A stretch of DNA of 64,000 nucleotides from an uncultured Bifidobacteriaceae bacterium (lineage in GTDB: Bacteria; Verrucomicrobiota; Verrucomicrobiia; Limisphaerales; UBA11358), in contig CAZHXG010000002.1 of NCBI GenBank assembly GCA_964536285.1, positions 66,457-130,456 of the forward strand. Reading direction: 5' to 3'. The notes under the pieces were generated by a model, which saw only the letters and a list, made by a program, of their open reading frames with translations, was not told the DNA's origin and did no database searches. Of this stretch, positions 45,811-54,490 are shown piece after piece. The translations under genes and the position numbers were made by a program. Position 1 is the stretch's first letter; every line of letters starts with the position of its first letter.

Positions 45811-48563
45811 AAGCGTTGAGCGCAGATTCTTTCCTCGCGCGTGCGCTGGCAAAGCTGGCGGCGGCGGTCTGTCGTCATCCCAGAAAATTCATTTACCCGC
45901 AGGTGGCTTTGTTCCTGGCATGTGCCGTTTACACGGTCTGTTTTCTGCAGGCGGACATGAACCGGGACAACCTTGTCGGTTCCAACCAAAAATACCATCG
46001 GAATTTTCTCCGCCTGCAAAAGGAATTTCCACAACAGGGCAACGACCTTGTGGTGGTGGTGGAGAGCGAAAACAGCGAAAAGAACCGGCAGTTTGCCGAA
46101 CGCATCGCCGCAAAACTGGAATCCGAAACAAATTTGTTTCGCGATGTTTTCTATCAGAAAGATTTGGCGATGATGGGGCCAAAAGCACTGCTGTTCGCTT
46201 CCGAGGATGATTTGGTTGAACTGAAAAAGACACTACAGGACGATCTGCCGTTCATCAGCCGGTTCACACAGACGACAAATCTCGTGTCATTCTTCGAGCA
46301 GGTGAACACGCAATTTCGCACGTCACCGCGCGAAACAAATGCCCAGACGGAATCGTTGGTGCAGGCGCTGCCCGCATTGACCCGGATTGTGACACAGGCC
46401 ACCGACAGCTTGACCCGACCGGGCGTGCCGCCGTCGCCGGGGGTCGCCTCGCTTTTTAATGCCGGCAATGAAGAGGCGTCTTACATCACATATAATCATG
46501 GCCGGATTTTTTTGGTGACGTCCCATACGCCGGACAATGCGCTCAACAGTGCGGCGATCAAACGTCTCCGCCAATTAATCAAGGAAACGCAAAATGAAGT
46601 GCCCGGCCTCAATGTCGGATTGATGGGCGAACCCGTGCTGGACTACGACGAAATGGTGCAATCGCAAAAAGACACGGCGATGGCGAGCGTTGTTTCATTG
46701 ATTCTCTGCGCGTTGATTTTCATTTACGGCTACAACGAGACCGGCCGGCCCGTCAAAGCGACAGTCTGCCTAATGTTCGGTTTGGTCTACACACTGGCGT
46801 TCACCACGCTGACGGTCGGGCATTTGAACATTTTGACGATCACGTTTGTGCCGATGCTTATCGGGCTGGCCATCGATTTCGGTGTGCATTTGATCACGCG
46901 TTACGAAGAAGAGTTGCGTCACGGTAAAACGGAGGAACAGGCACTGACGAAAGCGATGGTTTTCACAGGACAGGGAATTTTCACCGGCGCGATGACAACG
47001 GCGGGCGCGTTTCTGGCGATGTCGCTGACGCATTTCAAAGGCATCCAGGAAATGGGCATCATTTGCGGCGGCGGCCTGTTGATTTGTTTTGTGCCGATGA
47101 TGACAATGTTGCCGGCGCTGTTGTTGCGCGGAAGGCAAAACGTGATTGACCACAAAGCCGGGGACGTGGATCAGCGCGCGCGCATCGAAAGTTTATGGCT
47201 GCAACGACCCGCATTGGTGACGGTTGTCATCTTTGTGCTGTGCGTGATTGCGTTCGTCGAGGCCCACAAAGTTTACTTCGACTACAATTTGGAGAAATTG
47301 CAAAGCATAGGACTGCCGTCCGTGATGTTTGAAGAGAAGCTGTTTGCCTCTGCGGACAAGTCCTTGCTTTACGGTGCTGTCGTTGCGGATTCTTTGAATC
47401 AAGCGGTTGCATTGGAGGAAAAGATCAAAAGATTGCCGACAGTCGCCGATGTGGAACCGCCCTCCAGCTTGTTGAATGATTTTCTCAACACAAACAAAAT
47501 CAATAAAATTGAACTGATCGGCCAGATAAAACAGGAAATTGCGCCGCTTGGGTTCAGCGAAGCTGACAATGGGTCGGTCAACCTTGCAGATTTAAGCCGC
47601 ACGCTCTACGGGCTTTACGGTTATCTCGGCGCGGCGTTGGACGAAGTCCGCAGGGATGATCCTGATTTGGCCAAACAATTTATCTTGTTACGAAAGGCCA
47701 TTGAAGATTTGCGCAAGGCGATGCTGTGGGGCGATGCTTCAAAACTTGCACAAAATGCTGATAAATTGGGGATGTTTCAAAGAGCACTTTTGACAGATGT
47801 CCGAGACACGTTTCAGATTTTGCAAAATCAAGACGACCGTGCTCGCCTGCGTTTGCAGGATCTGCCTGAATCCATGCGCAATCAATTCGTGGGCGTGACC
47901 GGAAAAATTCTACTGCAGGTTTTCCCAAAAAAAAATGTGTGGGAACGTGACAATCAGGAAAAATTCATCGCTGATTTACGGACAGTGGATCCGAATGTCA
48001 CAGGCACTCCCGTGCAACTGTACGAATACGAGACGTTGCTGAAAGACAGTTATGTTCAGGCGGCCTGGTATTCGCTTGCGGCCATCGCAGTTTTGGTATT
48101 CTTCCATTTTCGCACCATCGGCTCGGTGATTTTATCCTTGTTGCCGGTTGGTATTGGCACATTATGGCTGGTCGGGTTGATGGGCTGGTTCAGCGTGCCG
48201 TTTAATCCGGCAAATATCATGACGTTACCGCTTGTGATTGGCATCGGTGTTACGAATGGCATTCATATTCTCAACCGATTTGCCGAGGAACGCACGCCGG
48301 GCATCCTCGCCCGCAGTACCGGTAAAGCTGTGCTTGTATCTGGATTGACGGCTATCGCCGGTTTCGGCAGTCTAATTCTCGCAAAGGATCGCGGCATTCA
48401 TAGCTTGGGCTGTGTGATGGCCGTTGGTATCGCAACGTGTATGATTGCAGGACTAACTTTTTTGCCAGCACTTTTGAACTTGCTGGGCCGTTGGCGACCC
48501 TTGATAAAAAAACCCGGCGAAGGCAAATCATTGCCGACACCGGGTCAGGAGGAACCGAGGTAA
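45807..48563 (+). CDS. MMPL/RND-superfamily transporter, HpnN-like (putative lipid exporter)
   Basis: 918 aa with two 6-TM bundles, each following a large periplasmic domain. MMPL-type motifs GLAIDFGVHLITRYEEE and GIGVTNGIHILNRFAEE. ATGA overlap with yebC. Confidence 0.8.
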   Translation: MKALSADSFLARALAKLAAAVCRHPRKFIYPQVALFLACAVYTVCFLQADMNRDNLVGSNQKYHRNFLRLQKEFPQQGNDLVVVVESENSEKNRQFAERIAAKLESETNLFRDVFYQKDLAMMGPKALLFASEDDLVELKKTLQDDLPFISRFTQTTNLVSFFEQVNTQFRTSPRETNAQTESLVQALPALTRIVTQATDSLTRPGVPPSPGVASLFNAGNEEASYITYNHGRIFLVTSHTPDNALNSAAIKRLRQLIKETQNEVPGLNVGLMGEPVLDYDEMVQSQKDTAMASVVSLILCALIFIYGYNETGRPVKATVCLMFGLVYTLAFTTLTVGHLNILTITFVPMLIGLAIDFGVHLITRYEEELRHGKTEEQALTKAMVFTGQGIFTGAMTTAGAFLAMSLTHFKGIQEMGIICGGGLLICFVPMMTMLPALLLRGRQNVIDHKAGDVDQRARIESLWLQRPALVTVVIFVLCVIAFVEAHKVYFDYNLEKLQSIGLPSVMFEEKLFASADKSLLYGAVVADSLNQAVALEEKIKRLPTVADVEPPSSLLNDFLNTNKINKIELIGQIKQEIAPLGFSEADNGSVNLADLSRTLYGLYGYLGAALDEVRRDDPDLAKQFILLRKAIEDLRKAMLWGDASKLAQNADKLGMFQRALLTDVRDTFQILQNQDDRARLRLQDLPESMRNQFVGVTGKILLQVFPKKNVWERDNQEKFIADLRTVDPNVTGTPVQLYEYETLLKDSYVQAAWYSLAAIAVLVFFHFRTIGSVILSLLPVGIGTLWLVGLMGWFSVPFNPANIMTLPLVIGIGVTNGIHILNRFAEERTPGILARSTGKAVLVSGLTAIAGFGSLILAKDRGIHSLGCVMAVGIATCMIAGLTFLPALLNLLGRWRPLIKKPGEGKSLPTPGQEEPR

Positions 48564-48613
48564 AAACCTCAATTATTAAAAGCTTATTGCAAAACGATGA
48601 AAAGTCAACCTCA

Positions 48614-50167
48614 ATGTTAAATATGGCTTTTAAATCGAAAAAGGCAGCAAAACAAAAGCCTGATAACGATAACGTTGACTTGAACTCAAATCAACACAAT
48701 CAATGTTTTTGGTCAAATAACATTGAAAATTGTCTGCGCCGATTGCGAATTTTTGTTTGGGCTTCTTTATTCGGAGTTTGTCCAATTTGTTCTGCCGAGG
48801 ACAATTTTCATGCTGGGCCACTGTTTGATCAATTTCCACTGACATTAGATTCTGGCTGGCGAACCGAAGCTGTCGGGCCTTTTTTTTACCACGAACAGAA
48901 CGATTCGGAAAATATCCTGGCAATCCCGCCGCTCTTTTCGCACGACACCGATTCGGCTGCGGAATCGCGGGAAGATGATTTCCTTTATCCATTGTTGACC
49001 TACAGACGTTACGGCACAGAATATCGCTGGCAATTTTTCCAGCTTTTCAGTTTCGCCGGCGGCAAAGAGCCGGATGATAACGGCGAAAAGCGGTTCACAA
49101 TTTTCCCATTCTATTTCCAGCAACGCTCGCCGGACACGAATGAAAATTATACCGCGCTTGTCCCGTTCTACGGCCACCTCAAAAACCGTCTCTTCCGCGA
49201 CAAAATTTTCTTCGTCATGTTTCCGATTTACGGTCAGACACAGAAGCGCGACATCATAACGGACAATTATTGCTATCCCTTTTTTCACCTGCGGCATGGT
49301 GACGGCCTGTCCGGCTGGCAATTCTGGCCGGTTGTCGGCAACGAACATAAAGACATAACCACCAAAACCAACGGCTTCGGTGATGTTGCAACTGTTGGGG
49401 GCCACGACAAATTCTTTGTTCTCTGGCCATTTTATTTCAAGACGACGGACGGCATCGGAACGGATGACCCGGAAAAAGCCGGGGGGTTGCTGCCGTTTTA
49501 CGCTCAATTACGTTCGCCCAAACGCGATTCGACCTCGGTGCTTTGGCCGTTCTTTTCCTGGGTGGGCGATCGCGGTCAAAAATATCACGAATGGGACGGG
49601 CCGTGGCCGTTTGTCGTCGTCGCGCGCGGCGAAGGCAAGACCACCACACGTGTTTGGCCGTTATTCGGTCAGTCGCATAATGATTCGCTTGAAAAGGATT
49701 TTTACCTTTGGATAGCTTACAGATACAAATGCATTCATACTGACTTGCTGGATGAGAGACAAACGCGTGTCCTTTATTTCCTGTATGAAAACACCACCGA
49801 GAAAAACACCGCCACCGGCATGGAAAGGCGGCGCGTGGACATGTGGCCCTTCTTTACTTATCATCGTGATTTCAACGGCAACAACCGGCTGCAGATCTTC
49901 GCGCCGCTCGAACCGATTTTGCCGGACAATCACGGAATCGAACGCAACTGGTCGCCGCTGTGGTCTATCTGGCGTTCCGAAAACAACTTACAGACTGGTG
50001 CGGCAAGCCGGTCATTACTGTGGAACTTGTATCGCACCGACACCACGAAAGCGTCCAAAAAATGCTCGCTCCTGTTCGGCCTTTTCCAGTATCAATCGGA
50101 TGTGGGAACGAAAAGTTTGCGACTGTTTTACGTTCCAATTTTAACAACACACCAGCAGGAAAAATAA
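48614..50167 (+). CDS. Exported repeat protein (~517 aa), ~20 aromatic-proline short repeats, unknown family
   Basis: The basic N-terminus plus the hydrophobic LRIFVWASLFGVCPICSA looks like a signal peptide or anchor. Recurrent motifs: GPFFYH, PPLFSH, YPLLTY, FPFYFQ, VPFYGH, FPIYGQ, YPFFHL, WPFYFK, LPFYAQ, WPFFSW, WPFVVV, WPLFGQ, WPFFTY, SPLWSIW... Start chosen at ATG 48614 (alternative 48623); the ORF-track start overlaps the MMPL gene. Confidence 0.65.
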   Translation: MLNMAFKSKKAAKQKPDNDNVDLNSNQHNQCFWSNNIENCLRRLRIFVWASLFGVCPICSAEDNFHAGPLFDQFPLTLDSGWRTEAVGPFFYHEQNDSENILAIPPLFSHDTDSAAESREDDFLYPLLTYRRYGTEYRWQFFQLFSFAGGKEPDDNGEKRFTIFPFYFQQRSPDTNENYTALVPFYGHLKNRLFRDKIFFVMFPIYGQTQKRDIITDNYCYPFFHLRHGDGLSGWQFWPVVGNEHKDITTKTNGFGDVATVGGHDKFFVLWPFYFKTTDGIGTDDPEKAGGLLPFYAQLRSPKRDSTSVLWPFFSWVGDRGQKYHEWDGPWPFVVVARGEGKTTTRVWPLFGQSHNDSLEKDFYLWIAYRYKCIHTDLLDERQTRVLYFLYENTTEKNTATGMERRRVDMWPFFTYHRDFNGNNRLQIFAPLEPILPDNHGIERNWSPLWSIWRSENNLQTGAASRSLLWNLYRTDTTKASKKCSLLFGLFQYQSDVGTKSLRLFYVPILTTHQQEK

Positions 50168-50182
50168 GGCGCGTTCTGAATT

Positions 50183-50920
50183 ATGTTTGAAAACATCGGC
50201 GAAATTGTCGTTTTGTTTTGGCGCACACTGCGGGCGCTGCCGTTTGCATGGCGACAACGCAGGAAAATTTTTGAGCAATTTTTTGAAATTGGCAACGCGA
50301 GCCTGCTAATGGTCTGTATATTGTCATTTTTCATCGGCGCGGTCACCGCGCTGCAAACAGGGCCAGTGCTGGTGGAACGCAGCATGTCCAGCGCCGTCGG
50401 CGGCATCGTCGGCATCGCCATGGCCAAGGAACTCGCACCGGTGATAATGGCCATTCTTATAGCCGGGCGCATCGGCTCGGCAATGGCGGCGGAAATCGGT
50501 TCGATGCGCGTGTATCAGGAAATCGACGCGTTGCGCACGATGAATATCAACCCGATTCATTACCTCGTGCTGCCGCGGCTGGTCGCGATTGCCATTGCAT
50601 TGCCGATGCTGGTGGTTTTCGCGATTCTCGTCGGCTGGTTCGGCGGCGCGGTGGTGGCGGAGGCGAACAATCACATCGCCATTCCGTTTCAGGCGTTTTT
50701 CTCCGACCTGCGCGACATCGTCGAAGTCAAGGACGTGGCCAACGGCGTTTTCAAAAGTTTCTGTTTTGCGCTGATTATCGGCTCGGTTTCATGCCATCAA
50801 GGTTTGGCGACCATCGGCGGGCCGCGTGGCATCGGCCGCTCGGTCACGAAGGCTGTCGTCAATTCCATCGTGCTAATTGTGATTTTTGACTACGTGCTCA
50901 CGCGCGTTCTTTTGAAATGA
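50183..50920 (+). CDS. mlaE: MlaE-family ABC transporter permease
   Basis: 245 aa. EIDALRTMNINPIHYLVLPRL signature, five TM segments. Confidence 0.88.
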   Translation: MFENIGEIVVLFWRTLRALPFAWRQRRKIFEQFFEIGNASLLMVCILSFFIGAVTALQTGPVLVERSMSSAVGGIVGIAMAKELAPVIMAILIAGRIGSAMAAEIGSMRVYQEIDALRTMNINPIHYLVLPRLVAIAIALPMLVVFAILVGWFGGAVVAEANNHIAIPFQAFFSDLRDIVEVKDVANGVFKSFCFALIIGSVSCHQGLATIGGPRGIGRSVTKAVVNSIVLIVIFDYVLTRVLLK

Positions 50921-51693
50921 TGAACGATTTGGCGAACAACCGTTCCGGCGTCGGCCTGCAAGTGCGCGGGCTGCACAAAAGTTTTGACGGACAGGAAGTG
51001 CTCAAGGGCGTTGATCTCGAGGTCATGCCGGGGGAAATCTTTGTCATCATGGGGCCAAGCGGCAGCGGCAAAAGCGTCCTGCTCAAACATCTTATCGGCC
51101 TCGAAGCGCCGGACGCCGGGGAAATTTTGATCAACGGCGAATTGATTCAGCCCGACGAAATCGCCGGCAAATATCGGATGGCGATGGTGTTTCAATCGGG
51201 TGCTCTGCTCAACTCGCTTACCGTCGGCGAAAATGTCGGGCTTTATCTCGCCGAACACCGGCTGAAATCATCCGAGGAAATCGAGGAAATTGTGATGAAA
51301 AACCTTGAAGCCGTCGGCCTCAAAGATGCCGCCAACAAGATGCCCAGTGAACTTTCCGGCGGCATGAAAAAACGCGTAGCTATCGCGCGGGCGCTGGTCG
51401 TTGAACCGCAGTTGATTTTATATGACGAACCGACGAGCGAGCTCGACCCGCTTTCAGCTATTGTCATTGGAGAGGAAATTTTGGAACTCAAACACCGCAC
51501 TCGCGTCACGTCTCTTATCGTGTCGCATGACCGCGACTTGGCGTTCGGCGTGGCCGATCGCATTGCCTTCATCAACGAAGGCCGTATTGTCACCGTCGGC
51601 ACGCCCGACGAGTTGAAACATTCCGGCGACCCGCTCGTCCAGAAGTTTTTGCATGCAGATTTCAAACACGAACCTCAAACTCAAAGCTTATGA
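50917..51693 (+). CDS. mlaF: MlaF-family ABC transporter ATP-binding protein
   Basis: Walker A GPSGSGKS, signature LSGGMKKRVAIARAL, Walker B ILYDEPTSELD. 4-nt overlap with mlaE. Confidence 0.9.
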   Translation: MMNDLANNRSGVGLQVRGLHKSFDGQEVLKGVDLEVMPGEIFVIMGPSGSGKSVLLKHLIGLEAPDAGEILINGELIQPDEIAGKYRMAMVFQSGALLNSLTVGENVGLYLAEHRLKSSEEIEEIVMKNLEAVGLKDAANKMPSELSGGMKKRVAIARALVVEPQLILYDEPTSELDPLSAIVIGEEILELKHRTRVTSLIVSHDRDLAFGVADRIAFINEGRIVTVGTPDELKHSGDPLVQKFLHADFKHEPQTQSL

Positions 51694-52640
51694 AAAATTC
51701 ACTTGAAACCAAGCTCGGCATTTTCGTCGTCCTCGTCATCCTCGCCGCCGTCCTTATCATCGAGACGCTCGGCGGCATGGATTTTTTTAACCACGGCTAT
51801 CGCGTCAGCGCGCAGTTCAACACCGTGCAGGATTTGAAAGCGGGCGACAGTGTGAAAATGGCCGGGGTTGAAATCGGGCGCGTTGAAAAAATCGCGATCG
51901 CCGACCAAAAAGTGAAAGTGACGTTGAAACTTCACTCCGATGCCGTTGTGAAAACGGACAGCAAGGCCATCATCAAGTTCACCGGATTGATGGGGCAAAA
52001 TTTTGTTTCCGTTGATTTCGGTTCTGCCGGAGCGCCGCTTGCGGTTGACGGCACGGTTCTCGAAACCGAAGAGCAGCCTGACTTGAGCGCGATGATGGCC
52101 AAACTTGATAGCGCCGCAACGGGCATTGAAAATCTGACGCATAGTTTCACACCCGACACCATCAACAATTTGATGGGACCGCTGGTTGATTTTGTCAAAC
52201 AAAACAGCGGCCACCTTAGCGGGGCCATTTCCAACATTGAAAGCATTTCCGGCCAGATCGCCAGCGGGCAAGGCACGGTCGGCAAACTTATTTACGAGGG
52301 CGCGCTTTACAGTTCCGCGCTGACCACCGTCACGGACTTGCAAAACACGGCCACCGAGGTCCGCCAGGTTGTAAGCAGGGTCAACAGCGGACAGGGCACG
52401 CTGGGCAAGCTCGTGACGGACGAAACGCTTTACAACGCGACCACCGCCTCGATGACGAACCTGAACCAGATTTTACAGAAGATCAATCAGGGACAGGGCA
52501 CCGTCGGCAAACTGGTGAACGATCAGGAATTTTACAAGAACGCCAAACTCTCCCTGCAAAAACTGGACAAGGCCGCAGACGGACTGGAAGATCAAGGTCC
52601 GATCAGTGTTGTCGGCATGATGATGAACAACCTGTTTTGA
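51690..52640 (+). CDS. mlaD: MlaD-family MCE-domain protein with C-terminal GQGT(V/L)GKL repeats
   Basis: N-terminal TM segment, MCE domain (DLKAGDSVKMAGVEIGRVEKIAI), then three GQGT(V/L)GKL-x-(Y/T/N)-(E/D)-xx-(L/F)Y repeats (the two later ones read GQGTLGKLVTDETLY and GQGTVGKLVNDQEFY). Confidence 0.88.
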   Translation: MKNSLETKLGIFVVLVILAAVLIIETLGGMDFFNHGYRVSAQFNTVQDLKAGDSVKMAGVEIGRVEKIAIADQKVKVTLKLHSDAVVKTDSKAIIKFTGLMGQNFVSVDFGSAGAPLAVDGTVLETEEQPDLSAMMAKLDSAATGIENLTHSFTPDTINNLMGPLVDFVKQNSGHLSGAISNIESISGQIASGQGTVGKLIYEGALYSSALTTVTDLQNTATEVRQVVSRVNSGQGTLGKLVTDETLYNATTASMTNLNQILQKINQGQGTVGKLVNDQEFYKNAKLSLQKLDKAADGLEDQGPISVVGMMMNNLF

Positions 52641-52681
52641 GTTCTGCGCCGCGCTGCCGGATCAACAGTCTGGCCTGAAAT

Positions 52682-52705
52682 TTGAGCGGTGCATTGAGCG
52701 GTGCA
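52682..52705. repeat. Perfect tandem 12-mer (TTGAGCGGTGCA)x2
   Basis: Read directly, in the intergenic region between the convergent mlaD and porin genes. Followed by a weak AT hairpin TGCAAAA-taat-TTTTGCA. Confidence 0.8.
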
Positions 52706-52764
52706 AAATAATTTTTGCAGCCCACGATTATTCCCGCCGTTGGTTTTTGCATCTTGCTTTCAGG

Positions 52765-52799
52765 AAACAAAAAGCCCCTTCCAATTTCTTGGAAGGGGC
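52765..52799 (-). terminator. Rho-independent terminator of the porin gene
   Basis: GCCCCTTCC-aagaaatt-GGAAGGGGC (9-bp stem) followed on the minus strand by TTTTTGTTT. Confidence 0.8.
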
Positions 52800-52817
52800 G
52801 AAAGGTTCTAAATCAGA

Positions 52818-54101
52818 TTAGAACTTGTAAATGACGTTCGCGTAAAGACCCAGAGAAGTCCTCTTTAAGCCTGTATCAAAGGTGTCTTCCACCGTTCCGA
52901 GGTTGTCTATAACGTGATCCCAGCGCAGTTCAACCCGGGTCATGACATTCGCCCACAGATCATATTCAACCGTGGCAGTCAATTCCATCCAGTCAGGATT
53001 AAATGAGCTGCTGGCCCCGGCAGCAGTTGACCATGCTTCAAGATATTCGGCACGTCCACTGAAGCTCAACTTGTCCGTGGCTTTGAAAGTGGCATACAAA
53101 CCGAGATCCCACACGTCAATGCGGGCTGGACCTCCACCTAGGTTGGGATGTTGCACATAATCAAACGCAAGGCCTGTGGTCAACTTCTTCCACGGGGTGT
53201 TCATCGTTGTGCCAAAGTAGTAATTACCCGTGTAATTATTGGACGCGCCACCAGCACCACCGGTACCAACGGTAGAGCCGTTGAAACCATAAACAAACCC
53301 GGAGTAGATGGATGAACCTGCCGCCCAACCCCACGAACTCGGTGCTGTGAATGTGACGGAACCCATCAGCGTCTTGTGCCAATCGCTGCCTTCACCATTT
53401 GAAAACCCGGATTCATTATTCCGGGCATTGATTCCGGCCATCAAGGTATTGGCCACACCAGCCGAGAACGACCATTCGTCATTCACTTTGTATGAAGCCA
53501 AAATACCGGTATGTTCAGTCGGCTCCAAGAAAAATCCCCATGAACGGGTATAATTCGGATTGCTGCCGGCATCGAACACTTCGTAACCGATGATGGTGTC
53601 AAAAACACCGATTTTCCAGTCAATGCCATTGCCGACCGGCGTGCGCAAAGTGACGTAAGCCTGTTTGATTGCAAAGTCGGCACCATTTTCGTTTGAGAAG
53701 TGTTGCTGACTTTGTCCGCCGACGGCATTCGCAGAAGCATTATAATTGACAGCATCCGGACCGAAGAGCAAATCCACCTGATAACCGGAAGCCCATGGCG
53801 ATTCATCTTCAGGCTTGGCAATGGTAAGTTTCACCACATCCAAGTTGAAGCCATCTTGTTTTGAAGGAGTTCCACTTTGTGTGAATTGTCCTTGATATGG
53901 AATGAATCCTGCAAGCGAGCGCTGATTCAGCCCGCCGCCGGGCGTAATTGCCCAATTGGCCGATGCGCTGACATAACCACTGATGGTGGTGTCCGACAAC
54001 GCTGTCTGCAACGAGTTCATTTTCTCGTCTGCACGAGCCGCCGATGCGAGACTGACCGCACCAACCGCCGCCAGACCCAATGTCCATTTATTAAACTTCA
54101 T
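52818..54101 (-). CDS. Outer-membrane porin (beta-barrel)
   Basis: Signal peptide MKFNKWTLGLAAVGAVSLASAARA, alternating amphipathic beta-strand pattern rich in G/Y/N, C-terminal ...NVIYKF. Confidence 0.8.
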   Translation of the reverse strand: MKFNKWTLGLAAVGAVSLASAARADEKMNSLQTALSDTTISGYVSASANWAITPGGGLNQRSLAGFIPYQGQFTQSGTPSKQDGFNLDVVKLTIAKPEDESPWASGYQVDLLFGPDAVNYNASANAVGGQSQQHFSNENGADFAIKQAYVTLRTPVGNGIDWKIGVFDTIIGYEVFDAGSNPNYTRSWGFFLEPTEHTGILASYKVNDEWSFSAGVANTLMAGINARNNESGFSNGEGSDWHKTLMGSVTFTAPSSWGWAAGSSIYSGFVYGFNGSTVGTGGAGGASNNYTGNYYFGTTMNTPWKKLTTGLAFDYVQHPNLGGGPARIDVWDLGLYATFKATDKLSFSGRAEYLEAWSTAAGASSSFNPDWMELTATVEYDLWANVMTRVELRWDHVIDNLGTVEDTFDTGLKRTSLGLYANVIYKF

Positions 54102-54153
54102 CTGGTTCCTCCGATGTTGTTTGTTAATTGTTTGTTTTTACCTACGTTAGTCA

Positions 54154-54171
54154 GAACAAACAAGTTTGTTC
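54154..54171. promoter_or_regulatory. Perfect 18-bp palindrome GAACAAACaaGTTTGTTC in the porin 5' region
   Basis: Read directly; 53-70 nt upstream of the porin start codon, within a 389-bp AT-rich non-coding region. Confidence 0.35.
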
Positions 54172-54490
54172 CGGCACCACCGCGGTGCTATTGACTACGA
54201 AAATAGAAAAATCCGGGACATTTGACAATAGTTTTTTTTATGTAATTTATTTGACTTAAATAACTCAATACAAACAGCTTGCGTGTTTTTAAATTTTTCA
54301 GTTCCTGTTTTTGGGCAATGGTTGTGTGAAGTTTGGGCAACTTGTCGGCGTCGGTTTTGACCCGTGAAAAAACTTTTCCTAAAGCTTCAGATACGGTTCA
54401 ACTGGAATAGTTAGTGCTTTTAGCCGTCGATTGAAAATTTGATTGCAGGCTTGCAATTCGCGCTCATAGATTTTATTACGGAGTAAAGGT

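Noticed and set aside
48437-48613. Upstream extension of the repeat-protein ORF overlapping the 3' end of the MMPL gene by 127 nt
   Set aside because: The extension is out-of-frame readthrough of the MMPL coding sequence. The first ATGs (48614, 48623) follow the MMPL stop.
54224-54255. TTGACA...TATGTAAT promoter-like string in the porin/pilC intergenic region
   Set aside because: The -10 assignment is ambiguous (the spacing does not give a clean 17 +/- 1 with a good TATAAT). In AT-rich DNA such matches arise by chance. Not reported as a feature.
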